64,000 nt of DNA from Marsupella aquatica (GCA_973895155.1 OZ316893.1:4764977-4828976); one strand, 5' to 3'. Counted from the stretch's first letter, positions 40,801 through 55,049 are shown. Notes: generated by a model not told the origin, from the sequence alone. Translations and numbers: made by a program.

Positions 40801-43480
40801 TGATGACCACGCCATTTTTTGGCGCAACTGTGTATTATAGTTTAGGATATTGTGTGTTGCACAAAAGAAGTCCGAATAAAAAAGACATCATGTTGCCAAA
40901 GATTTAGCTAAGAGAAAAGATCTTGTATTGCCCAAGCTCTAGTTAAAGATTTTGTGAAGAAAAAATATGTCGTTGAGAAAAGAGGTGTCATGTTGCCCAA
41001 GATGTCATGAAGAAAAAAGATGTCATATCGCCCAAGATGACGTGAAGAGAAAAGATGTCATATTGCCCAAGATGTCGTTAAGAAAAAGGATGTTGTGCTG
41101 CCCAAGATGATGTGAAGAAAAAAGATGTTATGCCGCCCAAGATATCGTTAAGAAAAAAATGTTGTATTTCTCAAGTTGTCATAAGAAAAAAATATGTTAC
41201 TCCCTCGAGGTGGTGGTGTGGTTTGTAAAACTTTTCAAAATGGATGTTTAAGAGGGAGTGGTCCCCTCATATATATTTGTAGGGACATGTCACCCTCAAA
41301 CCTACTTTAGTCCCGATTTTGGGGCCCACAACCCATGTGGCTTTGAGTGGTAATACATAACAACAAGGTGGAGGGCTTGGCAAGGAGTTGGAACCAAAGG
41401 GCTCATCAAGGAGTTGGGGCCAGGGGTGGGACCCTGGGTCTCATGTCTTACCCCACCATAGGATCTCAGTTCAGGGGTGGGACAGGATGAGGAGGGAGGG
41501 AGTGTCGGAGTGCATGGTTTTGGTCAGGATGCAAGATGGAGTAGTCGGCGGGGCGCGTTTAGGGCGAGTCAGGCCATGTTAGGTCGAGGAGTTTAGTCGA
41601 GTCTGGGGAACTGGGTGAATTGGAGCGTCACCGGCAAGTTAAAGTGAGTCAGGGTCATGGTTGTCGGGGAAAGTCAGGTGCCGTGGTTAGGCCATGGTCC
41701 AGCCGTGGGAGTGAAGGGCCATGGTTGGGCCGTGGTCCAGGCGGAGAGGGTCCGCCAATGGAGGGCGTCTACTTGGGAGTTGGCCATGGAAGAGGGGTTG
41801 CTGAGAAAGGTCTCGGGGGGTTAACTTAGTGTATATTTTGGGGTACCACGTGCAATCCTAGCCTAATATAAACACACTTATTTTATAATGGGAATATTCC
41901 AAAAGCATTCTCTATTTTCAATACTAATGACCTATTTTACTTTATAAAAGGTATATATTAGAGAATATTCTATAAATATGGGTCTATAATACCTTCTTTT
42001 GTTTCCTACACTTTAATTTTTTTTTAGCTAATTTCTATGAAAAATACATATTTTGGATCGCACGTGGTTCCTAAGATTTTTGATAGTCAACCCCCCGAGA
42101 GGAAGGTGAGATAGTCGTCGGCCAAGGGCAGGCAAGGAGGCGTGGACTGAGGACAGGTGAGGAGGCACTATGTCAATGGTGGCAATTCAGGCCTAGGCAG
42201 GGTTGCACCAGAGGGGTTGTGACCAAGGGGAGTTGGGCTGAAGGAAGGGGAGGCATGGGTCGATGGGCCGAGGCGGGGTTGCGAGGAAGGGAGTCAGGCC
42301 CAGAGTCAGTAGTCAAGTCAGGGGGAGGAGCAAGGCCGAGCAAGGCCGAGCCAGGGTGAGGCCGAGCCAACTTCCATGCAATTTGGGCTAGAAAAGTTGT
42401 CTGTCAGGGGATGTTTAGGAACCCAGTGCTTTATTAGACTTGCAATATGAGTATTTTGCTAGTCAAGCCACGACCGCAATGTACTTGGCTTGAGGCGGGA
42501 CTTGGGAGTCAAGATTAGGGTTTAGGGTCAGTCATTGGTCACCGACAGAGGGAGGAAATGAAAGCGAGGCAAGGGAGCTGTAAGGCTGTGAAACGGGATG
42601 GTCGTGGCATGACATGGGACTAGGGCTGCAAATAGGGAGAAAATAGTTGCAGGGAGGCGGGAGGAGCTTAGGGCCACGTGATAGTGCAAGGTTGTGACTT
42701 TTTCTTGCTTTTTCTTGCTTTCACGTTTCACCATTTGGGTGTTTTTCACACTCTAAATTTGAATGATGGCCACAAGATCTTTTGACACAACCTCTTATTA
42801 TAGTTCTTGATAAAGGGTATAGTGTTTTATTTAAATTATGAAATAGTACAAGCGGGAGTACGAGTTTTAATGAAAGGAATCCCCTTGTCTAAGTTCTAAA
42901 AAGAGGAGAGAGAGTTCATGGACTATGAATAATAGGTTGGAAAAACAATTTCATAGGGTTTAATGGGGATTAATAAAAGTTTTTTAAAAGGTTTTGGCTT
43001 GAAAAAATTGTAAACATGTTGCAAATGTTATGTCTTGGAAGTCGGGATCGCTTTTGTGGAATAAGTAAATGGCAAGGAAAAATGAAGGAGAATTAGAGTG
43101 GGAATTTTAAGCCAAAACAAAAGGTATAAAGAGTCACATCAAATTTTTAAACAACAGAGAATAATGTATATTGATAGTTTACTTTCCAACACGAAAACTG
43201 CACAAAAAAATACTTATGCAAAAGAAACCTCAAAAATAAGAGTGACTGCAAAACCACCAAAAAAAAAGTTTCAACCAGTGCACCAAATATTGGCACACAA
43301 AACAAGTGCGTCTTACTAAAAAAATGTCCCATCAAAGAACTTGCACATGTTCACAAACCTATATATTTTGGGATGAGAATTTGTACACAATGTAACTTAT
43401 TTTTACACGCCAAAAAACCACCTAACATTTAGGGACCAATAAATGGGGAGATAGCCAATTATTACATTTTAATTATATTT
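37843..43480 (-). mobile_element. Composite non-autonomous Helitron-like region with AAGATGTTGTGTCGCCC minisatellites and nested insertions
   Basis: The reverse complement ends TGCAACGCACGG-ATATTGAG-CTAG|T, a decayed Helitron 3' hairpin plus CTAG. Arrays lie at 37870-38520 and 40880-41200, and segments near 39090-39310 and 41210-41440 are related. The far boundary is uncertain. Confidence 0.6.
41812..42099. mobile_element. Second MITE with CTCGGGGGG termini and 8-bp TSD
   Basis: CTCGGGGGGTTAACT...AGTCAACCCCCCGAG; TSD AGAAAGGT / AGGAAGGT (one mismatch). Confidence 0.8.
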
Positions 43481-43483
43481 ATA

Positions 43484-44520
43484 CTAGCCCCATGCCTGTG
43501 CTTTGCACGAAAGATGTTGAGGCGAGGGCAAGATGTCAAGGAGAGGCAAAGATGTGGAGGCAAGGAAAAAATGTCAAGGAGAGTCAATGATGACAAGGAG
43601 AGGCAAAAAGATATCAAGGCAATGGCAAGATATCAAGGAGAGGCAAAGATGTTGAGACTGATGAGAAAAGATGTTAAGGTGAGAAAAAGATGTAAAGATA
43701 AGGAAAGATGTTGGGGAAAGAAAAGATGTCAAGGGTGAAGGAAAGATGTTGTGGTGAGATAATGGTAGTCAAGGTGAGAAAACATGTGGGATGAGAAAAA
43801 GATTAGATGTCAAGGTAAGAAAAAGATGTCAAGCCAGGAGAGAAAAGACCTCGAGGAGAGAAAGTGATGTCGAGGAGAGAAAAGATGTCAAGAGTGAGAA
43901 AAAAAATGTTGTGGTGAGATCCCTGGGCCCCCACTCCCAGTAAAAAATCTCTACCCCCTGTGAACGGACCCCCCTCTAGTACCCCTTGTTATTATTTTTG
44001 AAACAATAAAAATTTGCCTTGTTATTTAGAAACAAACATATTTTGACAATACTTAATATCCTTGAGATAATTATAAAATCCAGATTTAAGGATTTTTATA
44101 TAGGCTTTGTTAGTTACATTTTCTTTGTTCAAAGATCTTCCCTCCCTCGGATCCAATGGGCAGGGATTTGCCCCATGTGTTTCCTCATAGGGCAGTTCAA
44201 AAAACCCACCCTAAACCCCACAACCCCGCCCACAACTTACAATGGCATACCAAAAGGCATAGACACGTGTACCTATTAGATGATTCCATGTGTTCCCAAA
44301 AACAAATGGGAGCGGAATATCAAGTGCTTTTCCTTATTTGGAAAGTGACATTTGTATAAAAGAGTGGGTTGCTTAGTTACAAGCCAATTCTAAAAATTAC
44401 TTCAATATAAATTAAATTGACCCTTGAATTGTTCTCACGTCCGACCCGTTTTACCTAAGAGTGGGGTGAGATAAAGATATCAAGGCAAGATAAAGATGTT
44501 GAGGAGAGATAAATATATAA
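43484..44520 (-). mobile_element. Second Helitron-like 3' end with AAAGATGTCAAGG minisatellite and nested insert
   Basis: A|CTAGCCCCATGCCTGTGCTTTGCACG is followed by about 20-bp purine-rich repeats. An insert at 43921-44464 is flanked by GGTGAGAT on both sides. Confidence 0.55.
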
Positions 44521-47500
44521 AGATTAGAATAATATTCACGTGTTACCCAATTGTTGGGCATATTAAAATGGTCCCCTTTTTGTCCATGAAATAATTAATG
44601 TTTTTATAGGGAAGCTCAGGGAAGTTTGGGTTAAAAGTTAAAATAAAATTAATGGATGGATGGATCTCACGATGCTAAAAAGTTGTTATGTGATCATGGG
44701 CTAGGATTTGCTCCTTTGTGTTTCTCATTTTGGAAATAGACAAAATATTTGGCAGAATAAAGCATTGTAGTGTTTGATATCATAAGCCTTTATTTTACTT
44801 GTTTCTTTACTTGTTTTTACTTTACTTGTTTTCTTTACCATTCAAGGTTATACTTTGCTAGATTTTGTCTGTTTCTATTATTTCCTTTATACCAAGTGAA
44901 AAGTGAAAGGTAAAAAGGCAAAAAACATATTGTTTGTTTTTAAATCCAAATATGTTTTTATTTATCCTACACTCATTGCATTCAAAGAGAATTTTGGAGA
45001 ATTTTGGGTAGGAAATTGTCAAGGCCCATAATACTTCTAATGAAAAAAGTTATCCTTGTGAGTCAATCATGGAGAGCAAGGAGGTATAGACTTTACCCGC
45101 ATCTAAGAGGACAAGAAAGGTACTCTATACCTTGGTTGTACCATCAAACCTTTAATTTTTCAATGTACTCTTTGTTCTTTTGTCATTTTAATGTACGCCA
45201 GGACTAAGGAGTACCAGGGTATTGATACAGGAGGGCAAGGGCATATCAGGAGCAACAGTTCAATGAAAGAGCCTCTATTTTGAGATCATTTGGTTGAAAT
45301 AAAAGTTCGGCATGATCTAATGGCTAGAAAGATTTCCTGCCCATAATGCATTTTGTAATTGGACAAAGGACAAAAATGGATGGGATCATCTGTCATAGTT
45401 GTAGATGACATGGATTTCACTAGGCATTGTCTTGTATAGGATCGTATACATTGTACCTCTTTGGTATGAAATCAATGTATTGTTTTTACAACAGGTTGAA
45501 TTGTGGTTACCTGGTGAAGAAATACCGGGGCAGGTAAGTCTATTTGCCTAGCCAGTTATTTGTGTTAGGCTTATTGGCATGGATATTAATTGCATATTGC
45601 CAAATAAGAAAGAAGTAAGGTTATAATTGCTTAAGTAGTGAGATGTGAGTGGAAAAATTGGATACAATGGAGATTACCGATAGAGAGACTTCACCAATTT
45701 GGACTAGTGGTGAAGTCTTTTAAAGGTCTACTATAGAACTCAACTCTGTAGTCGTCATGAGAGGTCAAAGTTCCTTAAGGGAATTGCTTAGTGTAAAGCC
45801 CCACAAATATGTGAGAACAGCACAATTATATATTCTATAAAAATATATCAATTAAACTAAAAACCCTTTGTATATTTTTTATTCAAATTTGAAAAATAAG
45901 TATGTACCTTGCTGATCCATATTTTTGTCAAAATTAGATATGTACTTAAATATCTTTAGCACAATTAAGTCTTTGGTTATAATTAGTGGCCCAACAATAT
46001 TAACCTTATCTTGTTTGCATCCCGTTGTAATAATCCAACCAATGATTCCCCATCCATGTAGAGTCCAAATCATTTTCAACTCCTACTTGGGCTACTAATG
46101 TTTATGGAAGACAATGTGATGTGAATGAAGGTGATATTGGCAGATGAAAGTGATATTGGATTTCATTTATCGCACCTAGTACTGAGAATTTTCCCAATCC
46201 TACTATGGTACCATTTAAGAGGGGATAAACTTGAAGCCAAAAGGCATGAAAAACTAAATTTGCAGACCTTGGGTGATTATCAAACCCACCCTACAATCTA
46301 CCATTGCAATAAGGAAAGAAAGATGAGAAGATCCCAGTCACTCATATATCCTTGGAGCTCTTAGCTAGTGGGATTCAAAATGAGATAAGTTCATCCTTGG
46401 CTCATAAGAATTTAACCAATAAACTATGGTGAAGGTTGCTTTTGATGAGCATATTGTAGATTGATTTTTAACCATAATTTGTTACATTTTGCACTTGATG
46501 ACATTATTCCCGCTTTGAAGGATCTTATGTCGCTCAGAGCCATTTTTGCGACTATGATAACTCTTGAGCCATAACAACACGACTACCCTTTAGCCCTAGT
46601 ACTTTCATTGAGACGCAAACCCATAGAGGATCTTTTACTATTGATGATGAATTATTATTAAATGTTGAACCTATGATGGAAGAAAATGACAAGGTTTGGA
46701 GGCAATCAAGGTCTAACTTGAGTATAAAATCTCCTACTCTAAATATTGTTGTTGGAATATAGACTGATTTTCCTCAGCGCAAGCTGCACCTTGAGTTCAT
46801 ATTCCTTTGTTGGATGTGTCTTTTAAGAAGAAAGATGCAAATATGATTGCTACAAAGATACAAGGAAATAATGGAGGTTACTGAGGAGGAATGCAAATGT
46901 AGTCAAACCAATTTGAGAAGAACAATTTGTTTCTATCTTCCATTGTTACTGAGTTATTAGCAAGGATGTTGGAATGTGCTACCATTTGGTAGACGTTGTA
47001 AATAAAATTGTACAAAAGGCTTAGTCTAAGTTGCATCATCATCTCACCTAGTTTATAGTGGACATATATTGTGAAAAATTGTCATACGGATACAAAAACC
47101 TTGTAACCAAAAGGTAAGCCATTTTATTACGATTTACCTTCTCAGTGTTTGGTTGACAGCCTTTTCAAAATTGTCTAGGTTGCTCCACCTTAATTTTTTG
47201 AGGGGCAACTTTTTCCTTAATTCCCTTTAATAAACCATTTATGTTGTTAATTAGAAATTTAATTTATGCCATTGTATGTAGCCCTTATTTTCTTATATAC
47301 ATGGGACAACATGGCTAGATTACCAGTTGGGTTATTGACATTAGTGTCTTTAGATAACTTGAATTAAATTGACAAAATAAATAAGATATTTCATGCATGG
47401 ATGCAGCTCCATATAGGAAACTTGGGGTCCAACAACTTGGCACTTATGGATGAATAATTTAATTTGCAAAATTACCTCAAATAATCAATATTTACACTAG

Positions 47501-47887
47501 GTCTTTGTGAATGCACAAAAGAACCCGTTGTCCATCCTCCTCTCCTCTGCTCTACTCTACTTTTAATTTCTAGGCCAAATTCAAATCCTCGTTGCTTGGA
47601 TAATTTTCTTTCAACTATTGTATGTTGAACGTGAGCCCCAACAATTTTTTCTTGTGCAGCTAAGATCCTAAGTACATTGCCAAATAACAAAAATAAGTGC
47701 AATATTCATGATCATTACAGAGAACTAACTTGTAACATCTGATAGCAAGTTGCTCCACCTCCATGCCAAGGTGGCCATTGAGGCATGTAGAGGTGGCATT
47801 CCACAACTATTGTTCACAAAAAAGCTTGAGAGGAGCAATTTCATTAGTTATCAGTGACTAATATCAATCACCGACATGTTTTTGGAC

Positions 47888-48341
47888 AATCTCGGAGACC
47901 TCTCCAAGATTGACCCTTTTTTTAAATCAATCTTGGAGGCCTCTTCAAGATTGACGTCCTATTTTGTGTCAATCCTGGAGGCCTCTCCGAGATTGAACAG
48001 CACAGTCTGACTCCAAGAATTGTTGGAATCTTGGAGGGCCTCTTCGAGATGGGATCAACACTGGGTTGGAATCTCATAGAGCCTCTTTGAGCTTGGTTCA
48101 AGACTCCGCTTGAATCTTGGAGAGCCTCTCCAAGATGGGATCATTTAAAATTGGAATCTCAGAAAGCCTCTATGAGATGGGATCAACACTGGGTTAGAAT
48201 CTCGGAGAGCTTCTCCGAGATGGCCAGGATCATTTAACTAAAGGTTGGAATCTCGGAGAGCCTCTTCGAGATGGAATCAACACTAGGTTGGAATCTTGAA
48301 GTGGCTCTTCAAGATTGGATAACATCATTTGGAATCTTGAA
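47888..48341. repeat. Array of about 10 palindromic units (AATCTCGGAGAGCCTCTCCGAGAT core, period about 41-55 bp)
   Basis: Directly visible. The core is self-complementary and the linkers are partly related (GGATCAACACTGGGTT recurs). Confidence 0.88.
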
Positions 48342-48418
48342 CATTTATTATTATGAAAGGATACAAAATTAGATCTATCTACCCACCAACACTAAACATC
48401 TCCGAGATGCATTCACCC

Positions 48419-49180
48419 TTAGCTTCCTACATTTGACACCAGTTTTCTCACCTTGCTAAGGGTCAAGATTGGCTAGTGGATCTCTTGGTTGCTCTCTATA
48501 TGTCATCCACAAATATTTTTATAGCACCAATGCAAGTGTTTGCACGGGAAGAAGTATCTTCCAGTATCCCTCATGATGAAATCTTGACAAGAGCAAGTTG
48601 GGAACAAACATATCTGTACATAGTGGGCTGAATTGCGGTCACGTTGAGTGTTGGAAAGTACCACTCGTAAGCCAGTTGCATTTCCTTCTTCAATCTGAGT
48701 AATCAAAGTGAATCTCATCAACTCGGATTTTGCACTCTCAATACCTCACGCAAGTGCTCCAAAAACAAATGGAGAGAACAACACAGGAGGACCAGGAATT
48801 GCTGAATGCCCAATCATGTTGGAGGGCACAAATCATTGTTGAAAAATTGGCCAAGAACAAATGCCCTGGGGTAGTGGTGTCCCCTTGGAATATTTTGTGG
48901 CATAGTGACAAACAGTTGGTCCCTCATTGCATTGAGCGCTTTTGCAAGGGATTTCCGAGGGCGAGTTCTGATCCAAATTCACCTTAGGCTCCATTACTCT
49001 CTTGTGCAAGAAGGACGACCAAAGGCACCTCACCAACAAACATCCTATTACTTTGTTGAATGTGGCATACAAGATAGGGGCAAATTAAAGGCGTTTCAGC
49101 TGCAGCTCACTCCAATCCTTCAACGGTTCATTTTGCCACATACAACAGTTTGCATTCTTACCAGTTTAGAATATTCACCA
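48419..49180 (-). pseudogene. SWIM zinc-finger coding fragment, probably transposon-derived
   Basis: HYVQICLFPTCSCQDF...FPCKHLHW matches the CxC-xn-CxH SWIM motif. It is surrounded by stops and cut off upstream by the LINE. Confidence 0.7.
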
Positions 49181-49202
49181 CTCACTCATGTTACAAATTT
49201 AC

Positions 49203-51710
49203 GTCCTTCTGAAGCTCAACGTCACAAAGGCCTTTGATAAGCTGGAATGAGATTTTCTCTTGATAATCATGGATTGAAAAGGCTAGTTTCAATGGACTAA
49301 AGGCAATGGCCATCCTGCCATTGAGAAGAACTGTTGATGCCACACATGCCTCTACAACTTCAACAGTTCATCTCAGTGGCAGGATGGCCACTCCCTTTTG
49401 TGTTGCTAGGTTTGTCTGGCAGGGATGCCCTTTGTCTCCCTTGCTTTTTCTAATTGCAATTGATGCTTTGAGTAGAGTCATACATTGGGAGGTCGGATAG
49501 GGCCGCATCCAAGGTGTGGAATTTCAGTCGGTGGCAGTGCACAATGTTCACAATCTATATGCTGACGATCTTGCAATGCTCATTCATGCTCTAATTGGCT
49601 TTGTGGATAATTGCAAGAGGATTTTAGATCTTTTTCGTATGGCATCTAGACTGTTTGCATGTGGGAGGAGACCAAAGCAACTTTTATCTCCCGTTTTATC
49701 TCTCCTCATAGAATCCCTATTGAGTTTAGGCGTCTACCTTGGACATGGGAAGATGAAACCTCTGCAACTAAGATACTTGGCATTCCTATTACTCAAGGCA
49801 TATTGGAGCAACAAATGATCTGGTCCCTAACTGAGAAGCTGGAATCCCAGTTGGACAGAGTCCGTAAGAGCTTGGGTTTGTTAATAGCTCGTGCCACTGT
49901 AGCTAATCACCTGGTAATGAGCACCCTATGGTTCATGTCAATGGTGTGGGCTGGTAAGCAGAGTATCATTGACGCCCTGCAGAAAAAATCACAACATTTT
50001 TCTGGGAGGGACAAAATGAGAAGGCCCGATCCAGATTTGCTTTTGCCACCATTACTAGACCCAAGAAATTTGGGGGGCTTAGACTCATCTAGCTAGTTGC
50101 ACAATTTTGGGCTCTTGCAGGGAACATCAATCATCATTTGGGCACTGGCGGAGGAGGATCATCCATTGCAACAAATACTACAACATCAAATCAAACAACT
50201 ATTGGAGCAAAAATGGGGATTGCAGGCCTTTAACTGGGTATTCTCACAATGCCACACATTGCCCAAGGGCGCTCCTCAAGTTTGGAACAACATCTGCAAA
50301 AGTTGGAATGTCACTAAGAAGAACTTATGACCTCGCTTACCACCCACACCCCCTGGCCACCTGGAGGGGTGGAGAGCTCTCCCCTTGTGGAGACATAACC
50401 TCAATCACATCAACTCCAATCAGGCAAAATGTTCTAGTAACCCTCAACAAAGAATCAAGAGGGCCGGCTTTGTGCTTATGCAGGATGTCACCACCATCAA
50501 TATATGGACACTTCTTACGTTGGGAGGATGGCCCCAGTGCGAGTCTCCCTGGGAACTGTGCAATTGCTTACAAAAAGATGATTGGCAACTTGCGTAGTGT
50601 CCTAGAACTTCACTGGCAGTAATCGACATCAATTGGTCTCAGTGTTCATGGAGGCTACTCTGCCAGGGGGCCCCTTGCAAATCTGGGAATATGACATTCA
50701 GAGGTGCTACATCACATCCCAATGGCAACAATTCCATGACAGTTCAACACCCAAGAGAACATTCAAGGTATCCGATGGATTGCTTTACAGGACGAATAAC
50801 ACTGGCCCACTTCCCGGTATCATTCTACATAGGGTAGTTGTTAGGACACGTGCATTGACATACAAGTACGCATTGGGAGGCCAGCAGGGCTCCTTGCTCT
50901 ATTGTTGCATTACAACTGGAAAGATGGTAACTCCTTTCTTGACACAAACACATCTCACCTTAGGGGAATCCAAGGACCACTCCAATCCACCACTCATAGA
51001 CCAATTCATAAGGAGACAGCCCGGTTACAATATTCCCCCAATCTAGACAATCTCTAGGCAAATACTTGGCTCCCCTTTCATTTTGCTAGTGAAAATTGTT
51101 ATCTCTGGCAATTGATCTATAGGATTTCGGCTACACAACATTGGAGATTGCTGACCTTACCACTGAGCAACCCTGACACCTGGTGTACTTGTTGCACACA
51201 CAATTAGCAGGAGGATATAATTGTCCACTGCATGTGGAGCTGTCCCATCTCAACGACGTGCGACAATGGGCTCAACACATGTTACAACGTGCTGCAGTCT
51301 CCACTGGCATCTGGTAATTTTACGTGATGCCCACATTTTAGTTGGTGCACCTGTCCCGGAGGAGTGGGACATCCCGTGGAAACTAGGGCACATGCAAAGG
51401 GCAATCACTTGCTGCAATATTTGGAAGGATTGGTGATCTCACTTCATTGAGTTCGCTCGACCAGACCCCCAAGGGGTTGTCCACAAGTCCTGGCACCGGT
51501 TGGGGATCTACCTCCACCGAGATTGGGCTTGGCACCGCTCCCGCATTCAGGGAGGCAAATCCACGTTTGGGGATACTTACAATGAAATGCACTTTGATTT
51601 GGGTAAGTGGGCTGGATTATGGGCAATACATGATGATATTTTACGGTCCCACCAGTACCACCCCAGCCCCCATGAACACCTCCACTGGTACAGATATGAA
51701 GCTCTGCTAA
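49203..51710 (+). mobile_element. 5'-truncated, degenerate LINE (L1-like) ORF2: RT and C-terminal region
   Basis: LLKLNVTKAFDKL, WQGCPLSPLLFLIAIDAL, LYADDLAM, KILGIPI and GGL motifs, then a Cys/His/Trp-rich zf-RVT-like region near 51180-51250. Many frameshifts. Confidence 0.9.
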
Positions 51711-51711
51711 G

Positions 51712-51915
51712 GGAAGACTCATAGAACCCAACATGGACCCACTGGATGGAACCCTTGCCGGGACCTGATCACTGGCCGGTCTATAGGAGTGTCCTGTCTG
51801 TAGGAGTGTCCGGTCTGTAAGAGTGAAGACCCATAGAACTCAACATGGACCCACTGGATGGAACCCTTGCCGGGACCTGATCACTGCCGGTCTGTAGGAG
51901 TGCCCGGTCTGTAGA
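51712..51915 (+). repeat. Tandem duplication of about 110 bp at the LINE 3' end
   Basis: gaagac(t/c)catagaac...ggacctgatcactg...ccggtct(a/g)taggagtg occurs twice. Confidence 0.88.
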
Positions 51916-52151
51916 AGTGTTCTGCTAGTGCTGTAGTTTCTGAACTCCTCGTTTAGTTGCTTCCTTTGGAGGCATACTTCGCCTCTGGTTCCGGGCAAAC
52001 CGGATTGTAGCACCTGGACCTTAGGTCCACTTGGTTTTTGCAGCTTGGGGCTTCCCCATCTTTGTATACTGACTTTTATGAATGGATTTCATTTGGTTTC
52101 TTGAAGGCAAAACGAACACCCTCATCGGTGTTGTTGCCGCACATTCCAACA

Positions 52152-54756
52152 ATGAATATTTCCGTTCTACGCCTGCCCTTGACATTGCATCCCGCTCCAA
52201 TAAGTGCAAGAGCTGTCTGCAATGTCCAGACACGACGCAGCATGCCATCGCTGCAGTCTCCAGGTGCGATTGCTTCGGGGAAGATTTTGTGGGAAGGAAG
52301 AGCAGCAACATCAGCGTTAGAGCTACAGGAACAACGAACGTATCAAATCAGGCAGCAGGCTCTTTTGCCATCACGCATAAATTCGAGACGACGGAAATGT
52401 TGTGTACTGGCAGGCATTGGAAATGTGGAACAATTGAAGGACTACAAAATGGATCGAGTTTGTGACAGGTTGATTGAAGTGTTCATTATAGAGAAAACGT
52501 CTCCTGCGGATTGGCGGAAGTTGCTGGCGTTCAGTGAGGAGTGGCCGAACATTCGACCGCACTTCTTCCAAAGGTGTAGTACGAATGCCAAAGCTGAAGG
52601 GGACCCAAAAAGGAGAGGAGATTTGTTAAAACTGGCCAGGAAAATGAAGGAGGTCAGTACCCCAAGTCATTCCAATTTTCAGATTCGGAACCACTAAACC
52701 CTAAACCCTAAACCCTAAACCCTCGTTGTCTTTCTTTCGAGTTTCCATGAATCATGGATAGTTAGGTGCTCGTAAAGTAAAACGTGAATTGTGATTTGGG
52801 CAGGTTGATGAAGATATGATGAGGCACGATGAATTACTGGAAGAGATAGAAAAAGATACATCAGCCCTTGAGGCAATAGTTGCCAGACGACGAAAAGACT
52901 TCACAAGTGACTTTTTTGATCACCTGCATACAAAGTGTAATGTCAACTCCAAAAATCTGGACCGCCGTGATGGTAGGAACTCTCATCATTCTGGAAGTTT
53001 CTTTGAAGATATGAGATGGATTGGCAGGCGCAGTACTTAATAGTCTCAAAATTTTCAAATCTTTGGAACAGTTGGACGCGGTCTTCAAGTGGAATTAACA
53101 GACATTCATCACAGTAAACGATACTAGTACCGCAGCTAGCAGCAAGGGTTGGCTTTTGCAATAGTATTGTGTATTGCAATCGGCAAAATCTTAAACTTTT
53201 TGAAACGTAGGGTCCAAGAACCCTTTCTACGAATGGGATGAAAACAGACTGTACTCTTAACTCAGACAAAAATCAGGAAATGAATTCTGCAAGTAATTCT
53301 CTGTGAACATGAAACCTTGCACTTCAGGATGTCTAAATCCTTTCTGTGTAGCACTTTTGTCCTCCTTTGCGTGAAGGGGTTTCTGGTACATCGGGTGTTT
53401 CTGGTAAAATGTAATTGAAGCTGAGACCATTGAATTTTGTTGTGAAGTTGACAATTTCACTTGGTTTTTGCAGAGCTTATAAACCTAGCAAAGAAATGTT
53501 ATTTAGCTCTCGAAGCATATGATGCTGTCCAAGAAGACGAAGAAGCTATGGGAGAAGCTCAGCTCAAGTTTGATGATATATTAAACTCGCCCTCCCTTGA
53601 AGCTGCAGTTAATAAAATCGACAAGTTGGCCCAAAGACAGCAACTTGATTCAAAATTGATGCTACTCATCACCAAGGCTTGGGCTGCAGCTAAGGAATCT
53701 AATATGATGAAAGATGAGGTTTTTTCTCAAAATCATTCTGAAGCTTAATGAACTTCTTAATTAGAGGGTTTTCTCTTGGCGGTCCGTCTTTCTACTGATT
53801 TGTACCTGGTCCAAAGGAAGAAGCTGTCAGTTTAGTTTTTGTCGAAGATCTCGTTTTCTTGAAGAATACTCGGAACTTGGACTTTGTTGTCTGGTTTGCA
53901 TCTGCCGTTCAGAGATTAATGTGCACCCCACTTTTGCAGGTAAAGGATATCATGTTTCACTTATATAACGTGGCAATCGGGAACATGCAAAGACTTGTAC
54001 CCAAGGAAGTCCGGATTATTCGATATCTGTTGTCTATTCAGGATCCACTTGAAATGCGTGCGGCCTTGACTGAAGCATTTTCTCCAGGGAGCGAACTTGA
54101 GGGTACAAATGAAGACCTACTTTACACGTAAGAAGTGATATCTTGTCTGTTCATTTGAATCACGTTCTTGAATCTTGTATGTTCACTTGAATTACGCTCT
54201 TGAATGCCTGAGTGTCTGGAAAGAAAGCAACAGTGTGACATGAACAGGATATGGTTTGTGCTGATTTCCCCGTGAGCAACATCCCACTCTTTATCGCAAT
54301 AGGGTTGGAGATGAGGGCCTCCTTCTGTTGTGCCGCAAAGTATATACATTTCTATCATAAGGGTGTATGTGTTTTCGAGGTACAAGACCAGGAAGTCAAC
54401 AATAGCAAATGGATATTTTGATGGAATCTTCTTGTCTCTAGGTTACAAAGTAAATGTTTCATGAAGAGGTGGAATGACATGTTAAGAGTGGACAGGTCAC
54501 AGGTGGAGGGACGGGAATTAGTAGGCAAGAGCTCTTCGATTTGTAGGGATGCTAAGAATCTTCATATTCTTATTCTTCGCTGGCTTGGGTTTACAGGACT
54601 CCAGCTAAGTTGCTCGAGTGGATCAATATTGTGCTAGATTCTTACCGCACGAGCAAGCAAGGTTCACTGATTAAGGAAGCGCAAAAGCTGATGAATCCAG
54701 AAGTCATCGCTCGGGTGGAACTATTGAAGAGGGTCGTGGAGGATCAGTTCATGTAG
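52152..54756 (+). CDS. At4g37920/At1g36320 (CDB1-like) family plastid protein, 5 exons
   Basis: Phase-consistent exons 52152-52652, 52804-52972, 53474-53718, 53940-54127 and 54597-54756. Transit-peptide-like N-terminus; motifs CDRLIEVF, DWRKLLAFSEEW, IVARRRKDFT, KAWAAAKES, PKEVRIIRYLL and AFSPG. Confidence 0.9.
52694..52723 (+). repeat. Interstitial telomere-type repeat (CCCTAAA) x4 in intron 1
   Basis: ctaaaccctaaaccctaaaccctaaaccct. Confidence 0.95.
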
Positions 54757-55049
54757 TCTGTAGCTAAATGTAGGTGTGGAGAGTTATCACTCTGACGAGG
54801 AATATCTGGCAGAACAAAGAAGTCTGGAGGTAAAGTTTGGAGTCTATTACGGGAACGAGTTATCTTGCATGTTGGAAAGGCGAAGAAGCCCTTGGAAGGA
54901 TTCAAATAGTATCGTGGTGCCTTCAATTGGAAGGTGGTTTGTTTCTGGGATGCTACATCTCTCACCGACAATTCTATTTGCGACTGTTGACTGTTTGAAG
55001 TAATTTTACGAAATGCTCGTACAACAGGCTGTTAGTCCAGTCAGCATTT

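Noticed and set aside
47888-48341. CRISPR array
   Set aside because: The repeats are degenerate, the linkers are related to one another, there are no cas genes and the context is eukaryotic TE sequence.
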